Both the position numbers and the translations under genes were made by a program. From Candidatus Jordarchaeales archaeon (GTDB lineage Archaea > Asgardarchaeota > Jordiarchaeia > Jordiarchaeales > Freyrarchaeaceae): DNA of 32,000 nt. This document shows positions 13,800-23,611 of the stretch, piece by piece; the stretch's first letter is position 1, and each line of letters starts with the position of its first letter. The notes beneath the pieces were generated by a model. It did no database searches, was not told where the DNA came from, and saw nothing but the letters and a program-made list of their open reading frames with translations. The DNA lies in assembly GCA_038889235.1 (NCBI GenBank), contig JAWAHN010000001.1, forward strand, positions 1,034,499 through 1,066,498, read 5' to 3'.

Positions 13800-14655
13800 G
13801 ATACTCCGGTATCTCCTCTCCACAGACACCACACCTCTTGTATCCTGGCCTAGTTGGCGCCTTCACATCTTTTTCCTTCAGCGCTGCAAAGAACGTTACC
13901 TTGGTTTCAACTGAACGGGGCTTAGGTGTTATCTGAGTGGCTTGAGATATTACTCCTTCACTTTGAATGTACTCGTCTCCTTCAATTTTCCCTGGGAGCC
14001 TTCCGCTCTGAATTAACGCAGATAAAACTTGCCTTATGCGCTCTGCGCTCTCTCCGACACGCCAGGCAATATCACTAATGCTCATCCTTCCATAAACATT
14101 CTCTGAATCTATTACGGTGATACTTGTACTTTCCCTCACTCCTACACCCTCCTCACTTTTCACTTCTACCGCTTCCCGCTTCACTCCTTCCTCTTCCATT
14201 TGTAATGGCGCCTCTTCCTCAACTATTTCCCAACCTTCCACTTCAACTGTTTCTTGAGACTCCTCACGGACTTTAGTCGCCTTCAAAACCTCAAGTAATT
14301 CCCTAACTAACTGGTCTTCCTCCTCGGTGTATTCCGCTTTTATCTTACTCCACTCCTCTTCAACTTCTTCATACCTTCCTTCAAACATTCGTAGCCCTAT
14401 ATCTGCGAACACCCTCCTATGGTCCGAAACACCGTGTTTCTGACAAATTTCGATAGCTTTTTCGACGTACTTTTTACCCTCCTTGTCTTCGGCGAGCAGA
14501 CTGTACATCCCTGCCAGTGTGTAGAAGTCTACCGCTACATCGTATATTCCTTCCTCCACAAGTATCTTGGCTGTGTCCTCGTAATACGCCACTTTCTTCC
14601 TTGCTTCCTCACTCCTCTCCTCAACCAACTTTACATCTTCCTCCAAGAGAATCAT
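13765..14655 (-). CDS. Helical-repeat + acidic linker + PCI-like winged helix + C-terminal zinc-ribbon protein
   Basis: VYGRMSISDIAWRVGESAERIRQVLSALIQSGRLPGKIEGDEY fits the PCI winged-helix pattern. CGVC…CSYC ribbon at the C-terminus and an E/V-rich linker. Confidence 0.6.
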   Translation of the reverse strand: MILLEEDVKLVEERSEEARKKVAYYEDTAKILVEEGIYDVAVDFYTLAGMYSLLAEDKEGKKYVEKAIEICQKHGVSDHRRVFADIGLRMFEGRYEEVEEEWSKIKAEYTEEEDQLVRELLEVLKATKVREESQETVEVEGWEIVEEEAPLQMEEEGVKREAVEVKSEEGVGVRESTSITVIDSENVYGRMSISDIAWRVGESAERIRQVLSALIQSGRLPGKIEGDEYIQSEGVISQATQITPKPRSVETKVTFFAALKEKDVKAPTRPGYKRCGVCGEEIPEYLMICSYCGARQ

Positions 14656-14813
14656 GCGTTCTTTAGTTTAAAGCTTGTATTACCCCTTATATAAACCATT
14701 TTTGAGCTTAAAATAGGGATTCCAAGCAGTAATTCGTGGTCCTTCGTATTTCTAAGATACGGGAATTTTTTCGTTCGTCTTAACATTTATCTAAAAATAG
14801 AATTAAGACTCCG

Positions 14814-15563
14814 CTATGTTTGCAATAGTATCCCTTTGATTATCCTCTCCTCGGCCTCGTCAAGTTCTGGGGATATTTCTTCAACGAATTCCTCCACTTT
14901 AACCTCCCCGTAGATGAGTTTCCTAGTAACGTTGACAAACTTCTTAGTTTCCTCCTCTATACTCTCCTCCCTAGAAAGGGCGATAACTTTGTTAATCAAC
15001 CCTTTCGCAGCTTCATGCTCTCCCAACGCCATGTAGCAGATAGCCGCCCAGCTCAAGTTTATGGCACCATAGTCGTAGTCTTTTTCGTCGCACCATATTT
15101 CCCCATATTGTTTGAAGTTCTCGGCTGCCAGTGTAAGCATTTCTACGTACTTATCTTTTTCTCTCACTTTCTTGTATATTACTGCAGCGCTGGCGTATGA
15201 AAGGGCGGCTGATCCAAGATTTCCCATTTCCTCAAGTTTTCTCCCCCTTCCGGCGTATATCTCGGCTGCGCTGTAAGCCAAACTCCTGTACTCGTCCTTT
15301 TTCCCCATTTTTTCATAGCATGCCGCCATTTCTTCATAATCCCTCGCCGCTGAAACATCATACCCCAATTTAAGGTGTATTTCCAACGCCCTCGAGTATG
15401 CTTCTATAGCTTTTTCAAGCAAACCATGTTGCTTGTAGCAGTCTCCCGCCTCTTTCAGCGTATCTGCCGCTTTCTCGAGAAACTCCTGTCCTGCAACAGT
15501 GCTCGTAGCTTTTTTCGCATAATCCTCCGCTTTTCTGATCTTTTGTTCACATTCCTCAACCAA
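14814..15563 (-). CDS. Soluble NSF attachment protein (SNAP)-like TPR protein
   Basis: AADTLKEAGDCYKQHG, KAIEAYSRALEIHLKLGYDVSAARDYEEMAACYE resemble alpha/gamma-SNAP repeats (cf. [24 protein letters not shown]). Confidence 0.6.
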   Translation of the reverse strand: MVEECEQKIRKAEDYAKKATSTVAGQEFLEKAADTLKEAGDCYKQHGLLEKAIEAYSRALEIHLKLGYDVSAARDYEEMAACYEKMGKKDEYRSLAYSAAEIYAGRGRKLEEMGNLGSAALSYASAAVIYKKVREKDKYVEMLTLAAENFKQYGEIWCDEKDYDYGAINLSWAAICYMALGEHEAAKGLINKVIALSREESIEEETKKFVNVTRKLIYGEVKVEEFVEEISPELDEAEERIIKGILLQT

Positions 15564-15703
15564 CTATTTTCCCCTCCCAGAGCAACTTTATTTCCGCTAA
15601 ATCCATCCATTAATTTAAAACTTTCACACTTTTGTATCAATTAGAACCACTTCCACATTAAATTGTTTTGTTGGATACGTTATTTTGAAATATAGTCCAC
15701 TTC

Positions 15704-17002
15704 GTGGTGGATTCCCAAAATCTGGGAAGCGAGGGAACTTTGAATTTGCCAACCAAAATTGCGTCTTTCTCCGCGTCACCTGGAGAGGTTAGCCTTTGCG
15801 TCCTACTATACTCTGGAGGATTGGACACGAGTTGCATGTTAAAATGGATCCAAGAATACTATGATGCAGACGTGATCTCTTTAACCCTTAACCTTGGTCA
15901 GTCCAAGGATTTTAGAGCGATAGAGGAGAAAGCCCGCCGGCTTGGAGTCAAAAAGCATTATACGATAGATGCCCGCAAGGAATTTGTAGAAAACTATGTT
16001 TTTCCAGCAATAAAAGCCAATGCACTATACCAAGATGCTTATCCAATAAGTTCATCTCTCTCACGCCCTCTCATCGCGAAGTGGGGGGTAGAAATAGCTC
16101 GAAAAGAAGGAGCTGACGCTATAGCTCATGGCTGTACAGGTAAGGGAAACGATCAAGTCCGCTTTGACGTCACAATTTCAACCTTAGCACCGGACCTAAA
16201 GATAATCGCTCCAGTGGTCGAGTGGAACTTGAGTCGAGATCAAGCAATTGAGTACGCTAAGAAGCACGGGATACCGATCCCTGTCAATGTGGACTCCCCC
16301 TACAGCATAGACGAAAACCTTTGGGGGAGAAGTATAGAGTGCGGTCCGCTCGAGGACCCATCTCTCGAGCCCCCAGAGGAAGTCTACGAGTGGACAGTAC
16401 CCCCTGAAAAAGCACCTTCCTCTCCAGAATACTTGGAAATAGAGTTTAGTGAAGGCGTCCCTGTGGCTCTTAACGGTGAAGAGATGGATGGTGTCTCGCT
16501 AATATCAAAGCTAAACGAAATTGGAGGTGCACACGGGGTTGGGCGGATAGACCACATGGAGGACAGGATTGTAGGCCTGAAATCCCGTGAGGTTTATGAA
16601 GCCCCCGCAGCCACGATACTAATTAAAGCCCATAAGGATCTGGAGAAGATGGTATGCACTAGACATGAAAACCTTTTCAAGAAGATCATTGATGATCAAT
16701 GGACTTTCCTTGCCTATGCGGGGTTATGGATGGACCCGCTAAGAGAGGATTTAGAGGCCTTTATAAACAAGGTTAACGAAAAAGTCAATGGTACGGTGAG
16801 GGTTAAGCTTTTCAAGGGAAACGCTCAGGTAGTAGGAAGGTCGTCACCATACGCCCTTTACGACAAGACTCTAGCAACGTACGGCAAGGAGTCAACATTC
16901 AATCAATACGCCTCGCTGGGGTTCATAGAACTATGGGGCTTGCAATCTAAAATGGCGTACGCTGTGAAAAAGTTGCTTGAAGAGAGGAAAGAGAGGGCAT
17001 GA
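15704..17002 (+). CDS. argG: Argininosuccinate synthase
   Basis: YSGGLDTS, AHGCTGKGNDQVRF, YSIDENLWGRSIECG, GLKSREVYEAP. True start may be a downstream TTG. Confidence 0.98.
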   Translation: MVDSQNLGSEGTLNLPTKIASFSASPGEVSLCVLLYSGGLDTSCMLKWIQEYYDADVISLTLNLGQSKDFRAIEEKARRLGVKKHYTIDARKEFVENYVFPAIKANALYQDAYPISSSLSRPLIAKWGVEIARKEGADAIAHGCTGKGNDQVRFDVTISTLAPDLKIIAPVVEWNLSRDQAIEYAKKHGIPIPVNVDSPYSIDENLWGRSIECGPLEDPSLEPPEEVYEWTVPPEKAPSSPEYLEIEFSEGVPVALNGEEMDGVSLISKLNEIGGAHGVGRIDHMEDRIVGLKSREVYEAPAATILIKAHKDLEKMVCTRHENLFKKIIDDQWTFLAYAGLWMDPLREDLEAFINKVNEKVNGTVRVKLFKGNAQVVGRSSPYALYDKTLATYGKESTFNQYASLGFIELWGLQSKMAYAVKKLLEERKERA

Positions 17003-18483
17003 GCGACAAGCTGTGGGGTGGAATATATAGGGAGAAATCTCTGAAAGATGTCGAGCATTACACTTCCCATGAAAACATACTGCTAGATGAGCGTCTCGTT
17101 GAATACGATATTCTGGGCACGATAGCGCACGACTACATGCTGTGGAAAATAGGTGCTTTGAGCGAAAAGGCTCTCAAAAAAATTATCTCAGCCCTCCTCA
17201 GGATTAGAGAAGAGTTTAGGAAGGGTCTCTTCCGCCTTAAGATGGAGTATGAAGACGTACACATGAACATTGAAAAGCGGGTTGCAGAGCTAGCTGGAGA
17301 AGACGTTGGAGGAATGATGCACCTTGCTAGGTCTAGAAATGACCAAGTGTTGGTCGACATACGAATGTATCTTCGCGATGAAATAAACGAGCTAACTGGT
17401 CTAACTCTCAACTTAGTAAAAGCCTTTCTATTGTTAGCAAAAAAACATGTCAAAACAGTTATGCCTGCATTCACGCACACTCGTCCTGCCCAACCCACAT
17501 CTTTCGCTCATTGGTGTCTTGCAGTTTCAGACTCTCTTTTGAGGTGTGTTAATCGCCTTAGCGAACACTATAGGCGCGTGAACACTTGTCCGTTAGGGGC
17601 AGGAGCCGTTAGTGGTGTCGGGTGGCCCGTTGACAGGAATCTAACCGCATCGCTCTTAGGCTTCGATGAGGTACATGAAAATACATTTGATGCTATTTCT
17701 TCGCGCGGTGAAATAGAGGCCGAAACCATCTTTATACTAACGCTACTCATGATGACCCTAAGTAGGGTTAGCGAAGACCTAATCTGGTGGTCGACGACAG
17801 AGTTTTCCATGATAGAAATAGATGAACGGTATACCACGGGAAGCAGCATAATGCCACAAAAGAAAAATCCCGATGTCCTGGAACTTGTAAGAGGGAGAAG
17901 CAGCCGTGTTCTAGGCAACCTTGTAGGTTTACTTTCCCTCTTAAAGGCGCTTCCATCGGGTTATAACAGGGATCAACAGGAGACGAAGTTCCTCCTCTTT
18001 AACTCAATAGACATAGTTAAAGAGACACTAGCTATAATGGCTCAAGTTATTGAGACGTTAAAAGTCAACGAAGAAAGAATGGCTGAAATAGCTAAGCGGG
18101 GCATGGTTACTGCAACCGATCTCGTAGATCTTCTGGTTAGAAAAGGACTATCCTTCCGTGTTGCACACAGAGTGGTCGGTGAGTACATTAAATTCGCCTC
18201 GCGCGTCGGCCACGACCCCGTGTTGCTCTCTAAGATAGCCTCAGAAACATCGGGATTACACGTCCAAGTATCCGAAGAAGACATACTCCGCGCCTTAGAC
18301 CCGGTTGCAGCGCTAGAACGTCGCTGCCACTTAGGATCCCCTGCTCCAAGCGAGATACTAAGAATGTTGAACGAAAGAGAAAAAATCGTAGAAATTGAGG
18401 AAGAGTCACTAAGCCGTAGAAAAGAAAGGGTGAAACAAGCAATTAGCAGATTAGAAGAAATTGCCTTATCGCTTGCTTCCTAA
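16999..18483 (+). CDS. argH: Argininosuccinate lyase
   Basis: EDVHMNIE, ARSRNDQV, CPLGAGA, TGSSIMPQKKNPDVLELVRG. 4-nt overlap with argG. Confidence 0.98.
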   Translation: MSDKLWGGIYREKSLKDVEHYTSHENILLDERLVEYDILGTIAHDYMLWKIGALSEKALKKIISALLRIREEFRKGLFRLKMEYEDVHMNIEKRVAELAGEDVGGMMHLARSRNDQVLVDIRMYLRDEINELTGLTLNLVKAFLLLAKKHVKTVMPAFTHTRPAQPTSFAHWCLAVSDSLLRCVNRLSEHYRRVNTCPLGAGAVSGVGWPVDRNLTASLLGFDEVHENTFDAISSRGEIEAETIFILTLLMMTLSRVSEDLIWWSTTEFSMIEIDERYTTGSSIMPQKKNPDVLELVRGRSSRVLGNLVGLLSLLKALPSGYNRDQQETKFLLFNSIDIVKETLAIMAQVIETLKVNEERMAEIAKRGMVTATDLVDLLVRKGLSFRVAHRVVGEYIKFASRVGHDPVLLSKIASETSGLHVQVSEEDILRALDPVAALERRCHLGSPAPSEILRMLNEREKIVEIEEESLSRRKERVKQAISRLEEIALSLAS

Positions 18484-18529
18484 GAACTTTCAACAAGCTT
18501 CCTCCTTTGGTTAAAATTAGGTTGAAAAC

Positions 18530-19318
18530 TTAGACTTTGTAGCCCTTCACGAATTTCATGAAGACTCCCATGTACATGCACTCCTCGATTGGTATAGTCA
18601 TTTCTAAATCATCCACCAGTCTCTCGGTAAACACCACCGGCGCATTTCTGACTAAAACTACGGGGGTTTTCTCATTCCTCTCTCCCATTATAATCTCTGC
18701 TGCCGCGGCTATACAGTCCGCGATCGCCCTCCTCGTAATCTTCAGCCTTTCTCCATAGATGTCACTTTTTCCTCTTTCGTCGATCACGGGTTCGAAACCG
18801 GCGACTCCTAACGCTATACCTGTGTTACCAAGTCTCAAAGGTTGCACTCTGCTATCTACGATGAGCACGGCAACCTTTTTACCTGTCTTTTCTATCACTT
18901 TTTTCCTAATTTTTCTCGCACTTTCCGTTGGGTCCTTTGGTGGAAGTATGACGTATCCAGGAGGGGCATTAGACCTGTCAACGCCAGCATTAGCCTGCAA
19001 AACCCCTTTTCTGAGAGTTAATAGTGCTCCATAAACACAACCATACACTTCGTCTGCCTCTTTAAGAACGACTTCTACGAATTCCGGGGGAAGCCCGCAC
19101 TGCTCGGAAAGTTTTACCGCTTTCTCGGATGGTTTAACTTCCTTTAGGGAAACTATACGCCCCTCACTAACAGAAACCACCTTAGACGTTATGACTAATA
19201 TATCGTGGTCCCTAAGTTTGATCCTCGCTCTCCTAATTCCGTCTAAAATCACTTCGACTAAATCGTCCCCTACTTCCACCACTTTTGTCTTAATTCCTTT
19301 CAAAATCATCGTCATCAA
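18530..19318 (-). CDS. cofE: Coenzyme F420-0:L-glutamate ligase
   Basis: DILVITSKVVSVSEGR, ANAGVDRSN, VLIVDS..PLRLG..GIALGVAG, IAAAAEIIMGE. Confidence 0.9.
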   Translation of the reverse strand: MMTMILKGIKTKVVEVGDDLVEVILDGIRRARIKLRDHDILVITSKVVSVSEGRIVSLKEVKPSEKAVKLSEQCGLPPEFVEVVLKEADEVYGCVYGALLTLRKGVLQANAGVDRSNAPPGYVILPPKDPTESARKIRKKVIEKTGKKVAVLIVDSRVQPLRLGNTGIALGVAGFEPVIDERGKSDIYGERLKITRRAIADCIAAAAEIIMGERNEKTPVVLVRNAPVVFTERLVDDLEMTIPIEECMYMGVFMKFVKGYKV

Positions 19319-19713
19319 CTCGGCGTTATCGCTTTCAACCCGTATTTCTCGACAACTTCAACGATATCTCTCCTTTTAGTAACTATCTTATCGCAGTTTT
19401 TGAGAAGGGCGGTGGCTATAACCGCTCCCCCCTCCATGTCGCTTTTTGCAAGGTGCATGAACCGGCCTGCGTCTAACGCTATCTTAACATCAAGGAGAAC
19501 CACGCTTACACTTAACACTTGTTTTAGTGCAGCAACTAGGAGGTCCACCTGCCACCCCCTACCGTCTCTCCATAAACTCATAGAAGCCGCTGCTAGTGAT
19601 ACCGTTGAAATGTAGACTCGCTCCCCCTTTTTCACGTTCTCCCAGAATTCCTCCGCCCACTTCTCCCCGTCCAAAAGCGCTATGAGAAACGATGAATCCG
19701 CAACCGCTGCCAT
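19315..19713 (-). CDS. PIN-domain protein (degenerate active site)
   Basis: VADSSFLIALL, VYISTVSL, AVIATAL, KIVT PIN pattern. ATG at 19713 preceded by AGGGGG. Confidence 0.75.
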   Translation of the reverse strand: MAAVADSSFLIALLDGEKWAEEFWENVKKGERVYISTVSLAAASMSLWRDGRGWQVDLLVAALKQVLSVSVVLLDVKIALDAGRFMHLAKSDMEGGAVIATALLKNCDKIVTKRRDIVEVVEKYGLKAITPS

Positions 19714-19723
19714 ACGTTCCCCC

Positions 19724-20473
19724 CTAGAGATTGTCTCCGCAAACGCAGAAAACCTCGTGCAATAATTCAAATAGCTCTTCGTGCCCTTCCATAGTCACAG
19801 AAGATGTGGATATGATACGCTTTGCTGGCCTAATTTTGCTCAAAACTTCCAACGCGATTGACGCCACGTCTGCAATGACCCCTGTTTCCTTCATGAGTTC
19901 TAGTTTCAGAAGCTTATCGTCGCTTATAAGCTTCCTAATACGTCCGTCTGTATCCATATCTGACTTATGCAAAACCGTTATGGTCTCGACACCCAGGCTT
20001 AGCTGAACCGCCAACCCCACGAATATTGCAACAATAAACTTACTTAGCGTTGAAGCCAAGTCACATCCTATAAGGAAAACTCCGCAAACGCGTGCAAACT
20101 CTCGCAAACGGCGCATGAACTCGCCGCCAGCCTCCCTGAAAGCAAATATTTCAAGCTGTCCCGGCGTATCTACTAATACGAACTCGCATCCCCTTCCTCT
20201 TATCTCAGAAACTATGTGATCGTAATGTGCAAGGATTCTTTCGCTGGCTCTAAGCATAGCTAAGTTTGGCCCAATGCCTTCCTCCCGCATTATGTCGGAG
20301 ATTGTAAAAATGCTACGTACATCGAAATCTGGTTCATATGGTAACTCTTCTACTCCAGGATCTAAATTAACGAGCATAACGCTATACCCTTTCTCATTTA
20401 AGAAGCGACCAAAGGTTTTAGTTAAGCTTGTTTTCCCTGAGCCAGCGAACCCAAAGAATGGGACGATAAACAA
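19724..20473 (-). CDS. GPN-loop GTPase
   Basis: GFAGSGKT, VNLDPG, GIGPNL (GPN loop), VDTPGQLEIF, HKSD. Confidence 0.93.
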   Translation of the reverse strand: MFIVPFFGFAGSGKTSLTKTFGRFLNEKGYSVMLVNLDPGVEELPYEPDFDVRSIFTISDIMREEGIGPNLAMLRASERILAHYDHIVSEIRGRGCEFVLVDTPGQLEIFAFREAGGEFMRRLREFARVCGVFLIGCDLASTLSKFIVAIFVGLAVQLSLGVETITVLHKSDMDTDGRIRKLISDDKLLKLELMKETGVIADVASIALEVLSKIRPAKRIISTSSVTMEGHEELFELLHEVFCVCGDNL

Positions 20474-20497
20474 AACCAGCCGCTTCCTCCCTAAAAT

Positions 20498-20785
20498 TTA
20501 GGAAATTATGAGGGGCTCAGCAAGTTTAACTGTTGTTCCTAAAGCCTCTCCAGGGAGCCCCTTCCTAAATTTTGCCCTAACAGCGCCGCCGCTTCCATGA
20601 CATGAAACTATCTTCCCCCTCAATTCTTTTCCTTTGTGGTTAACCCAAATAACAGTTCGTCCAATTAGTTTAGCAGCTTTTTCATCAGAATCTATCCCAT
20701 CAAACCGTATTACTATGTCTTTGGGGTGTTGCAAATGCTTGCTCAACACGTAGTTAATGATCCTCCCTTCCGTGACAACTTTCAT
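20498..20785 (-). CDS. rpl35ae: 50S ribosomal protein L35Ae
   Basis: QHPKDIVIRFDGIDS..AAKLIGRTVIW, GKIVSCHGSGGAVRAKFRKGLPGEALG. Confidence 0.92.
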   Translation of the reverse strand: MKVVTEGRIINYVLSKHLQHPKDIVIRFDGIDSDEKAAKLIGRTVIWVNHKGKELRGKIVSCHGSGGAVRAKFRKGLPGEALGTTVKLAEPLIIS

Positions 20786-20990
20786 TACGACCCTCCTAAA
20801 CTCTTTTCCACTGTCAACGAGAGGATAAAGTTGTGTACGTCATAAATTTTTCGTGCATTTGGCGTACAAAAATGAGCCTAACAGTACTTTACAATTTTAA
20901 CTATTCGGGAAAATTTATTTAATTGTTCTGAGACGTAGAGACATGAGCTTTTGTCAAAAAGTGTAAATAACAGTTGCGGCGGGAGGAAAA

Positions 20991-21638
20991 ATGCTTAACA
21001 TTGACAGTAACAGAGAAAGAGTTGTTTTCGACATAATGCAAGAGCACATCAGGGTCATCGTCTTTGCTGTTAAGGAGTTTGAACTATCTTTTGAGGACTG
21101 GATGCAGGGTAACATGAAGGCGGTTGAGGAAAGACTGAGCAAAATCTCAAATTATGCTAAAGAAGCGGATAAAATTAAGCGCAATATAATAGACGAGCTC
21201 TCTCTAGCAGCATCTCTTCTCCAGAGAGAAGACTTCATGCGCTTTGCTTTAATCGTTGATAAAATAGCTGACTTCACTGAGGGAATGTGTTTCCGCTTGT
21301 CTGGTATACGCAACTGGAAGCCGAGAGGAGTTATAGCTGAAGACATGCGAAACATGGTTTCTACATTCGCTCATGCTGTTGAAAAGCTGAGAGAAGCTGT
21401 GAACGTGTTGTCTGAGGACGCTGAACGCGCATTGAACGCTATACTTGAAGTGGACGCCGCGGAAAGACTTGCCGATCAAATACACAGAACCATCGAACAA
21501 TCCTTGTTCGAGTTGAATGTAGACCACAGAACGCTAATTCGCCTCCTAAATTTGATTTCACACATGGAAGACGCGGTGGATGTGACTCAAGAAGCAGCTG
21601 AAGCGCTAAGGATAATTGCTATGTTCAAGCTAGGATAA
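20991..21638 (+). CDS. DUF47/PhoU-like phosphate transport regulator family protein
   Basis: Two helical repeats (EADKIKRNI…LLQREDF…DKIAD; ERLADQIHR…MEDAVD). SD GGAGG. Confidence 0.85.
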   Translation: MLNIDSNRERVVFDIMQEHIRVIVFAVKEFELSFEDWMQGNMKAVEERLSKISNYAKEADKIKRNIIDELSLAASLLQREDFMRFALIVDKIADFTEGMCFRLSGIRNWKPRGVIAEDMRNMVSTFAHAVEKLREAVNVLSEDAERALNAILEVDAAERLADQIHRTIEQSLFELNVDHRTLIRLLNLISHMEDAVDVTQEAAEALRIIAMFKLG

Positions 21639-21665
21639 AACTTCCTGAAAAGGGGGGTCGAAAGG

Positions 21666-22256
21666 ATGTCTGCTGAATCAACCCCTCAATCGACAGTCCT
21701 TCGCTCAAAGAAAGTCGCTGAGCTCATAGAAGGTAATAGAATCATAGTTTGGGATCCAGAGGAAGGATCTAAACTGTACGGCGAAGGGTTCTACGGACAA
21801 CCTCTAGGTATACGGAAGCCCAAGACCCCCCAATTCAACAAACCATTAGAACTCTCACTTCTTGAAGCACTCTATTTGCTAGAAAAGGGGCGCATCGAAA
21901 TATACGACATGAACGACGGCCATCTCATCACGAGGAAAGAATTAGAAGAAAAAGCAGAGAAAACATACATAGACTTCAAGACAAAGTACATTGTCTACAA
22001 GGACCTAAGGGAAAAAGGATACGTGGTTAGACCGGGGCTAAAGTTCGGTGCGGACTTCTCGGTTTACGAGCATGGTCCAGGAATAGACCATGCCCCCTTG
22101 ATCGTTAGCGTAGTTCCGCTAGGAACCCAGTTAAGCCCAATAGACATAGTTAGAGCCGGCCGTCTTGCAACGTCAGTAAGGAAAAAGTTCGTGATAGCCA
22201 CTGTTGAACAGACAGGGGAACCAAAGTACTACATTTTCTCGTGGTTTAAACCGTAA
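21666..22256 (+). CDS. endA: tRNA-intron endonuclease, catalytic subunit
   Basis: RPGLKFGADFSVYEHGPGIDHA (catalytic Tyr, His), GRLATSVRK (Lys), N-domain LELSLLEALYL. Confidence 0.96.
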   Translation: MSAESTPQSTVLRSKKVAELIEGNRIIVWDPEEGSKLYGEGFYGQPLGIRKPKTPQFNKPLELSLLEALYLLEKGRIEIYDMNDGHLITRKELEEKAEKTYIDFKTKYIVYKDLREKGYVVRPGLKFGADFSVYEHGPGIDHAPLIVSVVPLGTQLSPIDIVRAGRLATSVRKKFVIATVEQTGEPKYYIFSWFKP

Positions 22257-22287
22257 AGCACCTTCTCTTAAATCCCGTCTATCTGTT

Positions 22288-22593
22288 CTATGTTGGAACG
22301 AAAAGTATTGCGAGAACAAGCAAGACTAATCCTAAGAGTAGTAATACAATCCACGTCCTAAAGTGTTTCTTCCACTCTGTTGCCTCTTTCTCAATTTGCT
22401 TCTTTGTCCCCCACGCTGTTATAGCGATGAAGAGAACCATTAAGATTATTGATGCAGCTTCGTTATCCAAACTTACTGTTTTAAGTGTGACGACAAGTAA
22501 AACTGTAAGTGCCACACTCACTAGTCCCCCCCACCAGACCCATTCCAGTAACACTTCAGCAACGCTTTTAAGGTTCTTTGCCTCGCTCTCCAT
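22288..22593 (-). CDS. Small three-TM hypothetical membrane protein
   Basis: 101-aa ORF with three hydrophobic stretches filling the endA-map gap. Confidence 0.6.
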   Translation of the reverse strand: MESEAKNLKSVAEVLLEWVWWGGLVSVALTVLLVVTLKTVSLDNEAASIILMVLFIAITAWGTKKQIEKEATEWKKHFRTWIVLLLLGLVLLVLAILFVPT

Positions 22594-22732
22594 AGATCCT
22601 CCCTTCCCTGTTTTTCAAATCATTTAAAAGTGTTAAGTTTCAACACAACGTTTCAGCTCGTTACTACGCCAAAATTCATTATAAAAAGTTTTTCCGGTAT
22701 CAAAATCGTAGGCTAAAAGAGGTGTTCTCTAC

Positions 22733-23611
22733 GTGGCTCTACCTGAAGGAGAAATAGATGCATACAAAAAAGCAGGCATTATTGTTGAACGCGCTATTCA
22801 CAAGGGTGAAAAACTTGTTAAGCCAGGTACTCTGCTTTTAGACATTTGCGAAACTGTGGAATCCTACATACTTGACGAGGGAGCCAATCTAGCATTTCCA
22901 TGCAACATTTCCGTCAACGAAGTTGCTGCGCACTACACACCCCCATCCGGAGATGACACCGTCGTGCCGCATCGCGCCATAGTTAAGATAGATGCTGGGG
23001 CACACATAGACGGGTGTATAGTCGACAAAGCTGTTTCAGTCGCAACGACACAAGACTTGAAAGAACTGGTTCATGCAGCTGAAGAAGCGCTCAGAAATGC
23101 TTTGAAAATTATTAAACCAGGGATGTATGTTTCCCTCATAGGTAAAGTCATAGAGTCAACCATAAGGCTACATGGTTTCAAACCTATAATTAACCTTTCA
23201 GGCCACCAGATCAAAAAATATCAACTCCACGCAGGAAGAACCATACCAAACTTTGACACTCGAAACCTCGTGGACAAAGTACTACCAGGTGAAGTTTATG
23301 CCATCGAGCCCTTTGCTACAAATGGCGCCGGGCTAGTCACAGCCACCAGAAAAGCTTACATATACAGGGTTTTAAAAGCACCCCTCCTCCCGCAGCAGCT
23401 TGCTGACCAACTGAAAAACTACGGCTCACTACCCTTCGCTGCGAGATGGATAAAAAACTTTGAGAGAGCACGTCTCGAAAAACTTCTAGATGGCTTAGTA
23501 AAGAGAGGAATCTTGGCGGCCTATCCCGTTCTTGTTGAAAAAGCTAAAGGCATGGTGGCGCAGTTTGAAACAACAGTCATCGTCACCGACGATCTTTGCC
23601 TCGCTCTTTAG
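22733..23611 (+). CDS. map: Methionine aminopeptidase type II
   Basis: AFPCNISVNEVAAHYTP, KIDAGAHIDGCIVD, NLSGH, YAIEPF, QFE metal ligands. GTG start after GAGGTG. Confidence 0.97.
   Translation: MALPEGEIDAYKKAGIIVERAIHKGEKLVKPGTLLLDICETVESYILDEGANLAFPCNISVNEVAAHYTPPSGDDTVVPHRAIVKIDAGAHIDGCIVDKAVSVATTQDLKELVHAAEEALRNALKIIKPGMYVSLIGKVIESTIRLHGFKPIINLSGHQIKKYQLHAGRTIPNFDTRNLVDKVLPGEVYAIEPFATNGAGLVTATRKAYIYRVLKAPLLPQQLADQLKNYGSLPFAARWIKNFERARLEKLLDGLVKRGILAAYPVLVEKAKGMVAQFETTVIVTDDLCLAL

Noticed and set aside
20830-20870. 9-bp hairpin (TGTACGTCA/TGGCGTACA) between rpl35ae and the DUF47 gene as a possible sRNA
   Set aside because: No box C/D or H/ACA motifs and a weak stem; not enough to call.
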